Program-made: the position numbers and the translations under genes
Shown: piece by piece, positions 7,321 to 16,884 of the stretch
Layout of the letters: each line of letters begins with the position of its first letter
Position numbering within the stretch: the first letter of the stretch is position 1
Notes under the pieces: generated by a model
Told to the model about the DNA's origin: nothing
Seen by the model: only the letters and a program-made list of their open reading frames with translations
The model's database searches: none
Source of the DNA: a virus
Lineage: Duplodnaviria; Caudoviricetes
Reading direction: 5' to 3' (one strand)
Virus record (IMG/VR): IMGVR_UViG_3300010151_000055
Location: 1-35,306 of that record
Length of the DNA stretch: 35,306 bases

Positions 7321-9308
7321 TAGTTACTTCCTTTCGGCATTCCTGCTAAGCCACCAAACATACCCGGTCCTGGGGCTGCTTGTTGTCCAGGCCTTGGCTT
7401 AGGACCAGACCCGGCTAGTGATTCTCCCCCAGGACCCATTCCCTGGTCTTGAACGTTCTCTGGCCCAACAGGGCCACCCTGTCCACCGCCCTGTCCACCC
7501 ATTCCAGGCATTGCCTGAAGCTCACTGAGAGGACCAACAAGGGCCTTCTTGTCTTCAGCCCACACAGAGAATGCCTTGTCCATAAAGTTCTTCAGCGCAT
7601 CTGGTGGTAGCAGTCCGTTTTGAATCATTGGTGCAATGGTTGCGGCTGTCTGTTGAATTGTTGCTAGGAGACCGAGATAGGCTCGTTGTTCAGATGCCGG
7701 GTCAGACGGCATCATCGATCCTATCTCGACCTCAACGTCGAATTGACCTGTAATGTCTTCTCCAGAAACCACAACAAAATCATCTTCACCACCAGCCCCA
7801 GCAACGCGCAGATACCTGGGCTCGTCCCAATACTGTCGCTGTATGGCAACCATGTGCCTTGCTACTGCTTTGATGAACTTGTCGATTGCCCTGACTCTGT
7901 ATGCGGCTCTGCCTTGAGTTGCCCTTGAAGAAATGGCTACCTCAGTTGCTGTGGTGCCCTTCCTGCCGGTGCCGCCCCGCTGGTACACGTCGATACCAGA
8001 CATCTCGTATATGAGCTTCTGAAGCCCGTTGAGGACTAGATGCGTGGTCTGTGGGGGCTCAGCTACCGGGACCGGGAAGATTGCATCACCAGCCCTCTGG
8101 AGAGACGCAGGAACCTCAAAGCATTCCATATCTTGAGATGACTCAAGAACAGCCTGAACCTCGTTAGATTCAAGTAACCCAGAGATGACAGCGTACTTCC
8201 GGTTTCTCGCTCTGCGGTGGTGGGCAAGTATGTGGTCCCACTCTTCGTTAAGTCGTGAAGCAAGGTCCTTTATCATCGCTATGTCAGAAATCTTTGTGCT
8301 GTAAAAAGCGCCGGGAGCCTTCACAAAGCGCATGTCGATGTACGGGTATCCACGAATCATCAGTGGGTCGTCTATGTGACGAACAACTGTCTCCTTCATG
8401 GTTACGCCATCTTGCTGATTCACAAGCCAGAGAATGCGTCTGCGGGTTCCCTTGCGTGACCTGCTCCAATACCTGATTTCATACAGGCTCACATACTCAG
8501 GCTCTACCTTTGGCTTATCTGTCCCGTTCAGACCGTCACCCTCTGGAGTGAGTCTTTCTGGTATCCCGTCCATGAGCCACTCGTTCGGCTTAAGTTTTGA
8601 CGGAACAATGAACCTGTCGTCTGCGCGAAGTTCCTCTAGGCGAACTGTCATGCGTTCTGCAACCCAAGGGCATTTGCGTACCTCGTTGTACCCAGGAGGC
8701 ACTAACAGGTTCCACGGTGCGACACGCTCAAGCGTTGGGTTGTCTACAGGACCATCGTCCATGATGAGCATTTCTTCTGCCAGTGCACGGCTTAGCGCTC
8801 GCTTTGCCTCGTTGTCTAGCAGCCCATCGTCGCTGTCTTCCTCAATCTCAGGCCCAACGTCGTAGTCTTCTTCTGTGTAAAAAGCTCCAGCAGGGTCATA
8901 CCCAACCTTGCCAATACCAACACCAAACATAAGAGCGTCAGTAGCCACCTCTCTCGTAGACTCTGTGCACTCGCCCTCTCTCCAGGCGTATTGCACTGCG
9001 ACCTGACCCTTCTTTGCAGATTCTTTGTCTTGAGACCTGCGTGGCTTTAGCTTTATGAATGGGTCTGCGGACACTATTGCAGGGAGTATCGAGTTTGAAG
9101 TTGATAGCAAGAAGTTGATGTTTATATTTTCATCATCATCGCCATAGCCAAGCCCGTATTCCCCAAAGTCAGAGTTGCCGCTGTACTCGTTGTAGATGGA
9201 TTTCCACTTTGGTAGGTGGTTCTCTTCTATGTATTCCTCAGCATAACGAACTCTGTCATGCCAAGCTTCTACCTCTTGGGGCTTGATTTGTAGTTTTCTT
9301 TTTGACAC
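7320..9308 (-). CDS. Portal protein (P22-like)
   Basis: 662 aa; motifs DALMFGVGIGKVGYD, ERVAPWNLLV, TATEV, YWDEPRYLRVAG and GQFDVEVEIGS; Gly/Pro/Gln-rich tail; lies between terL and scaffold. Confidence 0.9.
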   Translation of the reverse strand: MSKRKLQIKPQEVEAWHDRVRYAEEYIEENHLPKWKSIYNEYSGNSDFGEYGLGYGDDDENININFLLSTSNSILPAIVSADPFIKLKPRRSQDKESAKKGQVAVQYAWREGECTESTREVATDALMFGVGIGKVGYDPAGAFYTEEDYDVGPEIEEDSDDGLLDNEAKRALSRALAEEMLIMDDGPVDNPTLERVAPWNLLVPPGYNEVRKCPWVAERMTVRLEELRADDRFIVPSKLKPNEWLMDGIPERLTPEGDGLNGTDKPKVEPEYVSLYEIRYWSRSRKGTRRRILWLVNQQDGVTMKETVVRHIDDPLMIRGYPYIDMRFVKAPGAFYSTKISDIAMIKDLASRLNEEWDHILAHHRRARNRKYAVISGLLESNEVQAVLESSQDMECFEVPASLQRAGDAIFPVPVAEPPQTTHLVLNGLQKLIYEMSGIDVYQRGGTGRKGTTATEVAISSRATQGRAAYRVRAIDKFIKAVARHMVAIQRQYWDEPRYLRVAGAGGEDDFVVVSGEDITGQFDVEVEIGSMMPSDPASEQRAYLGLLATIQQTAATIAPMIQNGLLPPDALKNFMDKAFSVWAEDKKALVGPLSELQAMPGMGGQGGGQGGPVGPENVQDQGMGPGGESLAGSGPKPRPGQQAAPGPGMFGGLAGMPKGSN

Positions 9309-9399
9309 AGTTGGTTCCTACTTGACAAAGGGGGTTGGTTAACCCCTAGAGTTTGTAATTGCTTGACGATGATTGTTAAGCATTGGAGATGAAAAGCCA
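9301..9399. promoter_or_regulatory. Divergent intergenic control region between portal and scaffold
   Basis: TTGACA at 9302 and 9322, TTGACG at 9363, and the inverted repeat GGGGTT-GGTT-AACCCC at 9331-9346. No canonical -10 box at 17-bp spacing (TAGAGT lies 19 bp from the 9322 box). Confidence 0.5.
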
Positions 9400-10179
9400 A
9401 TGGAAGACAGCGACACACCCATCGAAAACCCTGATGAGGGCACGTTTGATGGGACCGAGGAGCCTGAGGCAGAAGGAGAAGAGTCTGTAGAGAATGACTT
9501 GGACCCGAACTCTTGGATTGCGGAAAACGCACCGGATGCTGTTAGGGAGTACATAACAAAGTCCTCCCTTAGGCATAAGGACTATACACAAAAGACAATG
9601 GCCGTCGCTGACGAGAGAAAGCGACTGCGTGAACTTACGGACGCAGCCAACGCGATACTTCTTCACAGGAAAGAAGAGAGCAAGGCAGCACCTGCGGAGA
9701 GCGAGCCTGAGACTCCACCAGACGTTAGGTCCGGTGCGAAGCCTGAGGAAGTCATTGAATGGTACGCCAAAAAGCACGTTGAAAAGGTGCTTGGAGGAGT
9801 GCTTGGAGGACTTGACCTCAAGGGTAAGATGGACACGCTCCAACCCCTTATTTCAGAGCGTCAGGTCGTTCGTGCATACCGCAGATTCGAGACGGACAAC
9901 CCAGACATGAATCACAAGGCGATTGCTCCCATTGTTGGAAAGCTGCTTGATGAAGACCCTGAGCTTGGTGAACTGGCAACAGTTGACCCGGTTAGAGCCG
10001 TCAGCATTGCAGCGAAGATTGCGGTCTCTCAGGCGAAGCTTGAGAAGGCTAGTACTAAAAATAAACAACGACGTGCTGCTGCCCCTGTATCTGCTCGACA
10101 TGGTTCTGTGGTCAAAGACCGAAGTGAGTCGCCTCTTGAGGCGGCTACTAGAGCCATGAAGGAAGAGGGACTGCTTTAG
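9400..10179 (+). CDS. Capsid scaffolding protein
   Basis: Acidic disordered N-terminus, DYTQKT motif, coiled coil and basic C-terminus; directly upstream of the major capsid gene. Confidence 0.85.
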   Translation: MEDSDTPIENPDEGTFDGTEEPEAEGEESVENDLDPNSWIAENAPDAVREYITKSSLRHKDYTQKTMAVADERKRLRELTDAANAILLHRKEESKAAPAESEPETPPDVRSGAKPEEVIEWYAKKHVEKVLGGVLGGLDLKGKMDTLQPLISERQVVRAYRRFETDNPDMNHKAIAPIVGKLLDEDPELGELATVDPVRAVSIAAKIAVSQAKLEKASTKNKQRRAAAPVSARHGSVVKDRSESPLEAATRAMKEEGLL

Positions 10180-10200
10180 CGTTTTATGGAGTAAATACCA

Positions 10201-11301
10201 ATGGCTGCTAATACAATGCCAGCCTTGGCGCTTAATCGTGTCTACAGTACGACGCTGCACAATCAGCGTTCTGAAGTTGCTATGGAAATCGTCCAGAGCA
10301 ACCCTCTTCTGTGGCACTTTTACCGCCAGGGCGCTGTCCGATATGAAGGTGGAACCGAGGTCCGAACACCTGTGGTTGTCACCGAGTCGCAGAATGTCTC
10401 TGCGATTGCACCCTATGACACCTTTTCTACGACCCCTGAAGATGGGCCTGACACTGCGCGGTATCCCAACTGGTACAAGAATCGCTGCTCTGTGGTCCTC
10501 GACAATACTGAGATTGCTCAGAACAAGGGTCCGCAGCAGATTGTAAACCTGCTTGAGTCTAAGCTCGCTATTGCGAAGATTAGTCTCATCAACGATTTGA
10601 GCCGTCAGATTTGGATTGACAACTCTGCCAATACCAACGAAATCGACGGTATCTATTCGTCAAACAATACTAACGGATTCATTCAGGCGCAGACTGAGGC
10701 AAATCAGACCAATACCACTGGTGGAATTGACCGAGCGGTTTACGCGAACTGGCGCAATCGCTATCAGTCAATCACTGCTTTTGGCACTGATGGTCTTGAC
10801 GCTTGGGAGCAGTGCTACATGGACTGCTCTAGTCGAGGTAGTCACCCCGACCTCATTGTGACTAGCCCAACCGTCTATCGCTTCTACAAGCGATTGGTTG
10901 CCGCTAATCAGGAGGAACGTGACAAGGCGCTTTGGGACCAAGGCTTCCAGAACCTTCTGTTTGAAGGCACTCCGGTTGTTCCTGACCCCGAGCTTGATGG
11001 TACTGGTCGCACATTCTTCCTCACCACCACTGGTAGACGAAGTGTGAATGACTTCAACCTCAAGTCTCAGGATTTCTCCGTTCCCGGTAAGAATCCTATG
11101 GCTAAGGGCAAGGCTACTGGAGTTGGTCTCCAGCTTGCTATTCTCAGCAGTGATGACTTCCGTACTACGGACTTCATGACTCCCCCCAACAGTGATGTGA
11201 TTATCTCTCACACCTATCTCACGTGCATGCTCACAGCGTCGTCTCTTGGCCGTCAGGGTCTGGTAGACTTCAACGCTGGTGCTGGCACCGTTCAGTTTTA
11301 G
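10201..11301 (+). CDS. Major capsid protein (HK97 fold)
   Basis: 366 aa; NPLL, GGTEVRTPV, YDTF, GGIDR...WRN, PDLIVT and GFQNLLFEGTPVVPD; GGAG RBS; expected position after the scaffold. Confidence 0.9.
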   Translation: MAANTMPALALNRVYSTTLHNQRSEVAMEIVQSNPLLWHFYRQGAVRYEGGTEVRTPVVVTESQNVSAIAPYDTFSTTPEDGPDTARYPNWYKNRCSVVLDNTEIAQNKGPQQIVNLLESKLAIAKISLINDLSRQIWIDNSANTNEIDGIYSSNNTNGFIQAQTEANQTNTTGGIDRAVYANWRNRYQSITAFGTDGLDAWEQCYMDCSSRGSHPDLIVTSPTVYRFYKRLVAANQEERDKALWDQGFQNLLFEGTPVVPDPELDGTGRTFFLTTTGRRSVNDFNLKSQDFSVPGKNPMAKGKATGVGLQLAILSSDDFRTTDFMTPPNSDVIISHTYLTCMLTASSLGRQGLVDFNAGAGTVQF

Positions 11302-11314
11302 AAAGGAGTCTGAC

Positions 11315-11788
11315 ATGTCTGGATTTATGTTTGGTGGTTCAGCTCTTACGCTGGATATTGGTGCGGTTAACGGTACTGGTGCTGTTGTCACAAACGGCGA
11401 CATCTTGCAGATTTCACTGCTTAACAGTGACTCTCCTGATGGGAATATCGCTGTTGTGCCTGTGTTGAGTACTGGTGGCGTAAGCCAGTTTGCTCCGATG
11501 GGTGTTGTTATCGCACCTGACGGTCTGTCAATTGCGCCTAACGAGAACATCACCCTTCGTGTGCTTGGTCGCTGCAACGTCCTTGGGCTTGCATCTACCG
11601 GTTATGCTGTGAACGGTGTTGTTTATGGAACTGACAGCTCTAAGGCGCTGATTGACGACACTACGGTCGCTAGCGCTTCCTACGTTCCTGCTGCCTTTGG
11701 TGGTCGTCTTCGTGGTGTTGTGCTTACTGCCGTGACTACTGGCACTGGCGGTGAACTTGTTGACTGCTGGATTTGCGGTCTGCCTTAA
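11315..11788 (+). CDS. Probable capsid decoration/cement protein
   Basis: AAAGGAG RBS then ATG 11315; Gly/Val/Ala-rich beta protein immediately after the capsid gene. Confidence 0.7.
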   Translation: MSGFMFGGSALTLDIGAVNGTGAVVTNGDILQISLLNSDSPDGNIAVVPVLSTGGVSQFAPMGVVIAPDGLSIAPNENITLRVLGRCNVLGLASTGYAVNGVVYGTDSSKALIDDTTVASASYVPAAFGGRLRGVVLTAVTTGTGGELVDCWICGLP

Positions 11789-11800
11789 AACTAACGTGTG

Positions 11801-11828
11801 TGCAGTGGGGGCTTCGGCCCTCACTGCA
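11801..11828 (+). terminator. Stable hairpin with a C(UUCG)G tetraloop after the capsid genes
   Basis: TGCAGTGGGGGC-TTCG-GCCCTCACTGCA, a 12-bp stem with one G-U pair; no U-tract. Confidence 0.65.
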
Positions 11829-11849
11829 ACATGACTAGGAGAATTGAAA

Positions 11850-12323
11850 ATGGCTTCTCTAGCCCCACACGTTAGTCGAGTATCTAAGGAGTACGCTCCT
11901 TACGGGTACTCTATTTATACGGATGTCGTTGTTGACCTGTACGCACCTGACTCTGCCTCGCAAGCGTTCGTTGTAAACGATACTGTCTCTGACTTCACGC
12001 TCATGGCGTCTACGGACTCCGACATCTACATTGAGAGCGTGACGCTGATTTGCGAGAACACCATTGTTGCTGACGGCACTGATAAGTGGTCCTTCATGGT
12101 TGACTACAAGTCTGCCACTGGTGGCGCTGGTGCGAACTTGTTTGCACATGCCGTGGAGACTGAGGACAAGCTAATCACTGGGTACGTTCCTTATGTGATG
12201 ATCCCTGACCAGAACCAGTTGGTTCCTCAGGATCGGTGTGTGACGATTACCTGCACCAGGGGCGGTAGTAGCGTTACCATGAGTCGTCCTAAGATTCAGA
12301 TTCGCTACCGTCGCAAGGCTTAG
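11850..12323 (+). CDS. Probable virion structural protein (beta-sandwich)
   Basis: AGGAG RBS; beta-rich 157 aa inside the structural cluster. Confidence 0.65.
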   Translation: MASLAPHVSRVSKEYAPYGYSIYTDVVVDLYAPDSASQAFVVNDTVSDFTLMASTDSDIYIESVTLICENTIVADGTDKWSFMVDYKSATGGAGANLFAHAVETEDKLITGYVPYVMIPDQNQLVPQDRCVTITCTRGGSSVTMSRPKIQIRYRRKA

Positions 12324-12358
12324 TGCCCGACTAACATCTACTACCCTCTGGAGTGAGT

Positions 12359-13711
12359 ATGAGTACGCTCGCTGAGTTGCGAACCTCACTCCAGAGGCGT
12401 CGTAGTGACTTCAGTCACAGCAACGCTGTGCTGAATGACTTCCTGAACCAAGCTCTGCTGGACATATACAGTCGCAGGTCTTGGGGCTTCCTGAGAAGGA
12501 CGCACAGATTCAGGACATCAGCCAAGACTACAATCACAGCCAACCTTGGGTATCCGAGCTTTGTTAGCGGCTCAAGGGTAGTAATGCTTGGCCTCACCAC
12601 ACCCCTTGGCGCTGTTGCTGCTGGTGCGGCATCTCCACACACGAGCCTTGGTAAGCAGATTGTCGTAGACAGTCGAATATACAGGGTGAAGGTGGTTTCT
12701 AACGACGGCACTAACTGGATACTTGACCAGCCGTTTATTAGTGCAACAGGCACAACGTATGACGTTGATATAATCCATGACGAACTAGCGCTGCCTCTTG
12801 GCGCTGAGTCTGTGATTGAAGCCGCTGTTATAGAGGGAGATGTTTCAAAGTCCTCCCTTAATGCGATAGCACCGTATGCGATGGTTCATCGCAGCCTCAC
12901 CGTTGAGGGCAAGCCAACAGAGTTCTCTGTTGACAGGAAAGAGCCTATCCCGTCCCCGATGTATCCACCTGAGGTGACTGTTAATACGGCAATCACCCTC
13001 AGGCATGGTCCAATAGCTGGAGCCTACACTTACTGGATGTCGTACTATGACGCTCAGAGCGGTGCTGAGTCTGCTCTAAGCCCGTCAGTAACTGTAACGT
13101 CAAGCTTCGACACTACGTTCAACTATCACCCAACCATAACGGTTTCAGCAAACTCTGACCTCCTGACTAGCGCAGCATCAGCAGCGTCCCTTGGCTTGAG
13201 GAACGAGGCTCAGCAGGACCTACTTGTTAAGTTCTACAGGAGCAAAATCGGTGGGTCTGTGCCATACCTGCTTGAGGAGTCAAACCTAGTGACCCCGCAT
13301 AGCGGTAACGGTTCAACGTGGACTGTTGTGGATGGCATGGACGACCAAGAGCTAGGCCCGAGAGCGCCTGAGAGCCCCTCTACGCTGTTTTTGCACCTTC
13401 ACCCTGTCCCGTCCTCCACCTATCAGATTCAAGTCCTTTACCAGCTTGCTCCGGTAACGATGGGTGAAGACCTTGATAAGCCACTGTTTGACTCGACGTT
13501 CCACCCTGTTGTTCTGGATGGAGCGGAAGCGTTGTTGCTTGAGCAGTCAGACGAGCAGGGTAGAGCCACTCAAGCCAGGACTAGGTTTGAGCGAGGCATA
13601 CAGAGAATGGTTTCAAGAGACAGGCTCAACAGGCAGAACACTGTTACTGTTGGCGGGCCAAGGAAGGTCAGGGGTAAGCGGACTTGGTGGTACGGAGCGC
13701 TTGGACCCTAA
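12359..13711 (+). CDS. Head-tail adaptor (P22 gp4/T7 gp11-like) with inserted beta domains
   Basis: N-terminal TLAELR...LNDFLNQALLDI...WGFL and C-terminal LHPVPS..Y...FHPVVLDGA are typical of adaptors; gene position fits. Confidence 0.75.
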   Translation: MSTLAELRTSLQRRRSDFSHSNAVLNDFLNQALLDIYSRRSWGFLRRTHRFRTSAKTTITANLGYPSFVSGSRVVMLGLTTPLGAVAAGAASPHTSLGKQIVVDSRIYRVKVVSNDGTNWILDQPFISATGTTYDVDIIHDELALPLGAESVIEAAVIEGDVSKSSLNAIAPYAMVHRSLTVEGKPTEFSVDRKEPIPSPMYPPEVTVNTAITLRHGPIAGAYTYWMSYYDAQSGAESALSPSVTVTSSFDTTFNYHPTITVSANSDLLTSAASAASLGLRNEAQQDLLVKFYRSKIGGSVPYLLEESNLVTPHSGNGSTWTVVDGMDDQELGPRAPESPSTLFLHLHPVPSSTYQIQVLYQLAPVTMGEDLDKPLFDSTFHPVVLDGAEALLLEQSDEQGRATQARTRFERGIQRMVSRDRLNRQNTVTVGGPRKVRGKRTWWYGALGP

Positions 13712-13728
13712 TCGCCTTGGAGTTGTAG

Positions 13729-15975
13729 ATGTCTGGTGCTAGAGGCAGGAAAACACACAAGCTTCATTTGAACGTTGCTGGCATAGACACCAAGGTATGG
13801 CAGAAGCCTGGGTCTGCCATAGATGCCATTGGCGTGACCTTCTCGATTGAGGGTCACATAGAGAAGGTTGGTGGGATACAGCGCTTTGTCCCTTGGGGGC
13901 CAGAGGGAGACCAGCTACAAAATCCCAAAGAACCATCTTCAGGCGTTACCTTATTCAGCCCGTTTGGCACCACTAGACCACCACAATCACTTGGTGTGTT
14001 CTCGCACCACGGCATGACAGACCTCCTTGTTAACTACGACGACAAGGTGTCTGTGCTTCAGGGAAGCGTTCTTACCGAGCTACTGAGTGGAAGGCGCGTC
14101 CCAAGCAGCCCAAGGGAGGGCCATAGGTTTGTTCAGGCAGGAGACGTTGTTCTCATCTTGAATGGCGTGGACGCGAACATGAAGTGGGACGGCAGGAAGG
14201 TGAGCCCGCTCGGCATACATGGTGTCCCACCTGCCCCCGTTGTGCCTGTTGACGGAAAGGGTACGATTCCGTTTCAAGGCCCTCTGCATGACGATAATGA
14301 CCCAACGCACCTTGAGCATGGAATACCAGCCAACTTTTATGTCGATAAGGCTATACAGACATCAACGGTATCGACCACGTACAGGTATTACCAGACATGG
14401 GTAAGCGACAAGGGGCAAGAGTCTGAGTCTTCAGCGCCATCAAACCCAGTAACAGATGACATAACAAGGGCGGTTCTTGTTTCTAGCGCAGGCGGGACAG
14501 CCGAGCTAGACATGGATTACTACAACATACTTGTGACTGGGCTTGCTGGAGACCCACCATCTGACGACATTGTATATAGGCACCTATACAGGTCTACAGA
14601 CAACGGCATTAGCAAGTTCTTCATAAAGAGGTTGGCTGGGACAGACTTGGATACGTTTTGGGACTTTACGCCACCGGGCAGCGAGTCTCCTGATGTTATA
14701 GCGAATCCAGGGATTAACTTGCCCCCTCCTGTTGCGACGTGGGCGTTTAGCTACCGTGGGAGGGTTTATTACGGAGGAGTGAAGTCAGCGCCGTCACACT
14801 TGTTTTACTCAAGGCCAAATGGGCTTCAGGGCGCAGTATCGTTTGACAACATCATAGACGTAGCAAGCTCAGACGGAGACGCACTTACTGGGTTCTCTGT
14901 TACCGAAGACTATGTAGCCATCTTCAAGCGAAGGTCCATATACCTGCTCACGTCTTCTAGGGACGGAACCCCAATAATGACCCCAGCAGTTAAGGGTGTT
15001 GGGGCTGTATCAGACCTGTCGATAACAAGCTTTGGCGGCAAGACATACTTCCTGTCTGATGCTGGTTACTTTGTTTTTAACGGTTCAGCCGCAGTGCCTC
15101 TGTCTAACGAGATAACCGTGTTAGTACGCCGGTTGCCAGAGGCATACCTTGAGGACGCCTTCTCCTGGGTAGACAGGAAGCGACGAAGGATATGCTTGTG
15201 TGTTTCTACTCAGGGAAACACCGGAACCGCTATGGGCGATGAGATTTGGATGATACATCCAGACACTGGCGGCATTACGAGGACAACAGGGGCAACGATG
15301 TCATCTGCTGTTGAGTGGGCTAATAAGGACGAGGTTGTTGTTGGCTTTCATTCATACGTTGCAGACCCGGTTATATATGACGGAGGGTTTGATGGGCATG
15401 TGCCAGCCGTCTATACACCTACGTGGGACCTTGGGCTGTGGGATTATCAGGGCCTGTTTGGCAAGGGCAAGGGGAGCCAGTACCCAGGTATATTTGAAAC
15501 AAGTTGGCTTGAGTTCAACAGTCCAGACTCAGACAAAACGTTCTATAGGATAGATGTTATCTATTCACAGACGAGCAGCCTGTCTATGGATGTTAGTTGG
15601 GCTGTTGATTGGGACGACAGGAGGGAGAGTGGTTCAGATGCGACCAGCCTTGTGTTGCAAGACCCAGATGCTGTTATGTGGGATGTCTACGACTGGGGAG
15701 AGACATCTGCTACCGCACCAGCTACAGCGGATAGGACATGGGACAAAGAGCGAACAAGAACAAAGAGGATAAACCTGAACAAGGTAACGGCGAAGAGCAT
15801 TAGGTTTAAGTTCGGCGTAGACCACACCAATACGTACTTAAGCAATATGAAGGACAAGGGCGGCAAGCTTGGGAATGCAATGCAGTACTCAGACAGCCAC
15901 TTCAAGATTGTTGGGTTTACAGTGCATTACGAAGACCACGGCATAAGGGCCGAGGGTGTTGACTTGGAGACTTAG
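13729..15975 (+). CDS. Tail hub/nozzle (P22 gp10/T7 gp12-like beta-propeller)
   Basis: 748 aa; YRGRVYYGG, LFYS, DGDALTG, IFKRRSIY and GVGAVS...YFLS; C-terminal ETSWL...DKTFYR. Confidence 0.8.
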   Translation: MSGARGRKTHKLHLNVAGIDTKVWQKPGSAIDAIGVTFSIEGHIEKVGGIQRFVPWGPEGDQLQNPKEPSSGVTLFSPFGTTRPPQSLGVFSHHGMTDLLVNYDDKVSVLQGSVLTELLSGRRVPSSPREGHRFVQAGDVVLILNGVDANMKWDGRKVSPLGIHGVPPAPVVPVDGKGTIPFQGPLHDDNDPTHLEHGIPANFYVDKAIQTSTVSTTYRYYQTWVSDKGQESESSAPSNPVTDDITRAVLVSSAGGTAELDMDYYNILVTGLAGDPPSDDIVYRHLYRSTDNGISKFFIKRLAGTDLDTFWDFTPPGSESPDVIANPGINLPPPVATWAFSYRGRVYYGGVKSAPSHLFYSRPNGLQGAVSFDNIIDVASSDGDALTGFSVTEDYVAIFKRRSIYLLTSSRDGTPIMTPAVKGVGAVSDLSITSFGGKTYFLSDAGYFVFNGSAAVPLSNEITVLVRRLPEAYLEDAFSWVDRKRRRICLCVSTQGNTGTAMGDEIWMIHPDTGGITRTTGATMSSAVEWANKDEVVVGFHSYVADPVIYDGGFDGHVPAVYTPTWDLGLWDYQGLFGKGKGSQYPGIFETSWLEFNSPDSDKTFYRIDVIYSQTSSLSMDVSWAVDWDDRRESGSDATSLVLQDPDAVMWDVYDWGETSATAPATADRTWDKERTRTKRINLNKVTAKSIRFKFGVDHTNTYLSNMKDKGGKLGNAMQYSDSHFKIVGFTVHYEDHGIRAEGVDLET

Positions 15976-15980
15976 GCTCG

Positions 15981-16187
15981 ATGTCTGCCAAGAGAAATCT
16001 GAAAAGGGTGGAAGATGCGTTGTTTGAGCTTGAAGAGCTTCAGTCGAGAGCGATGTTCCGAGACTTTCCGATTAGGACAATAAGGAGGGCGTCCGCTAGG
16101 CTTGGTCTGGGTATAGTTGTTGGGGAAGACCCAGGCGAGTCAAAGCTGTCAAGGATAGCCACATCACTAGAGTCGATGATTGAATGA
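15981..16187 (+). CDS. Small hypothetical protein
   Basis: 68-aa ORF that fills the gap between tail genes. Confidence 0.5.
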   Translation: MSAKRNLKRVEDALFELEELQSRAMFRDFPIRTIRRASARLGLGIVVGEDPGESKLSRIATSLESMIE

Positions 16188-16188
16188 A

Positions 16189-16884
16189 ATGTACTACATA
16201 AGAAAAGAAGAGTTTCATCCAAATATGGTCGCAGATGCCGACTCACTTATGAGTGAGTTTAACCGCGCTGATGCTCACCTGACGACGGTAGACCAGAACA
16301 ACTTCATAGATATGTCTATAACAACAAACTCTGTTGTTATGCCGAAGGCAAGCCCTCGTGGCGTTACGTTCACACATGACCCAAACAGTCCAGCGCTGAC
16401 TGGTGGGTTTCTTGGTAACGACAACGACTACTCATCACTCGCAAACAACAGGCTTGACGTATACAACTACGGAGCAGATTCCTATGCGGACTGGATAGCA
16501 GACCAGGGGAAGTGGTTTGACTTGGATATAAACATTGAGTTTACGTCACACGAATACATGCCAATCATAGTCATGCTTGTTGTGCAGCACTCAAGCACAG
16601 TTGCTAGTGACGCTGGTAGAGCGCTCGTGATTGACACAAGGGTGTTGTTAGATGGAGACCCGCAGGGGTGCACATATACTGCAACTGCCTGCGGAGATGG
16701 GGGCACCTCTACGCCTGTGCGCGTCAACAGTGGGTTTATGACGACCTTAATGTCAGCGCCCGGTCCTCATGTACTGAGCGCACAGGTTAGAGACAGGTCT
16801 GGCGTCACCCCAGGCTCTTCCCTTTCTAATCATTACACTGCCGCTGACCACAGCTTTATGAAGGCGTTTGGGATAGCGAGATGA
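16189..16884 (+). CDS. Small tail/fibre-like protein, paralog 1
   Basis: N-terminal FHPNMVADADSLMSEFN anchor-like motif followed by a beta-rich domain. Confidence 0.65.
   Translation: MYYIRKEEFHPNMVADADSLMSEFNRADAHLTTVDQNNFIDMSITTNSVVMPKASPRGVTFTHDPNSPALTGGFLGNDNDYSSLANNRLDVYNYGADSYADWIADQGKWFDLDINIEFTSHEYMPIIVMLVVQHSSTVASDAGRALVIDTRVLLDGDPQGCTYTATACGDGGTSTPVRVNSGFMTTLMSAPGPHVLSAQVRDRSGVTPGSSLSNHYTAADHSFMKAFGIAR

Noticed and set aside
6580-9400. Recombinase-driven invertible switch around the portal block
   Set aside because: Only a trivial 6-bp inverted match (GCTTAA/TTAAGC) was found, no recombinase is in the window, and the terL/zinc-ribbon overlap would be disrupted by flipping.
9787-9810. 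12-bp tandem repeat (VLGG x2); likewise GSRG x2 at 19888-19911 and the poly-Glu run near 22440
   Set aside because: Ordinary in-frame slippage duplications in flexible protein regions.
10768-11577. 269-aa antisense ORF
   Set aside because: It lies opposite the capsid and decoration genes and has no motifs; it is a shadow of biased codon usage.
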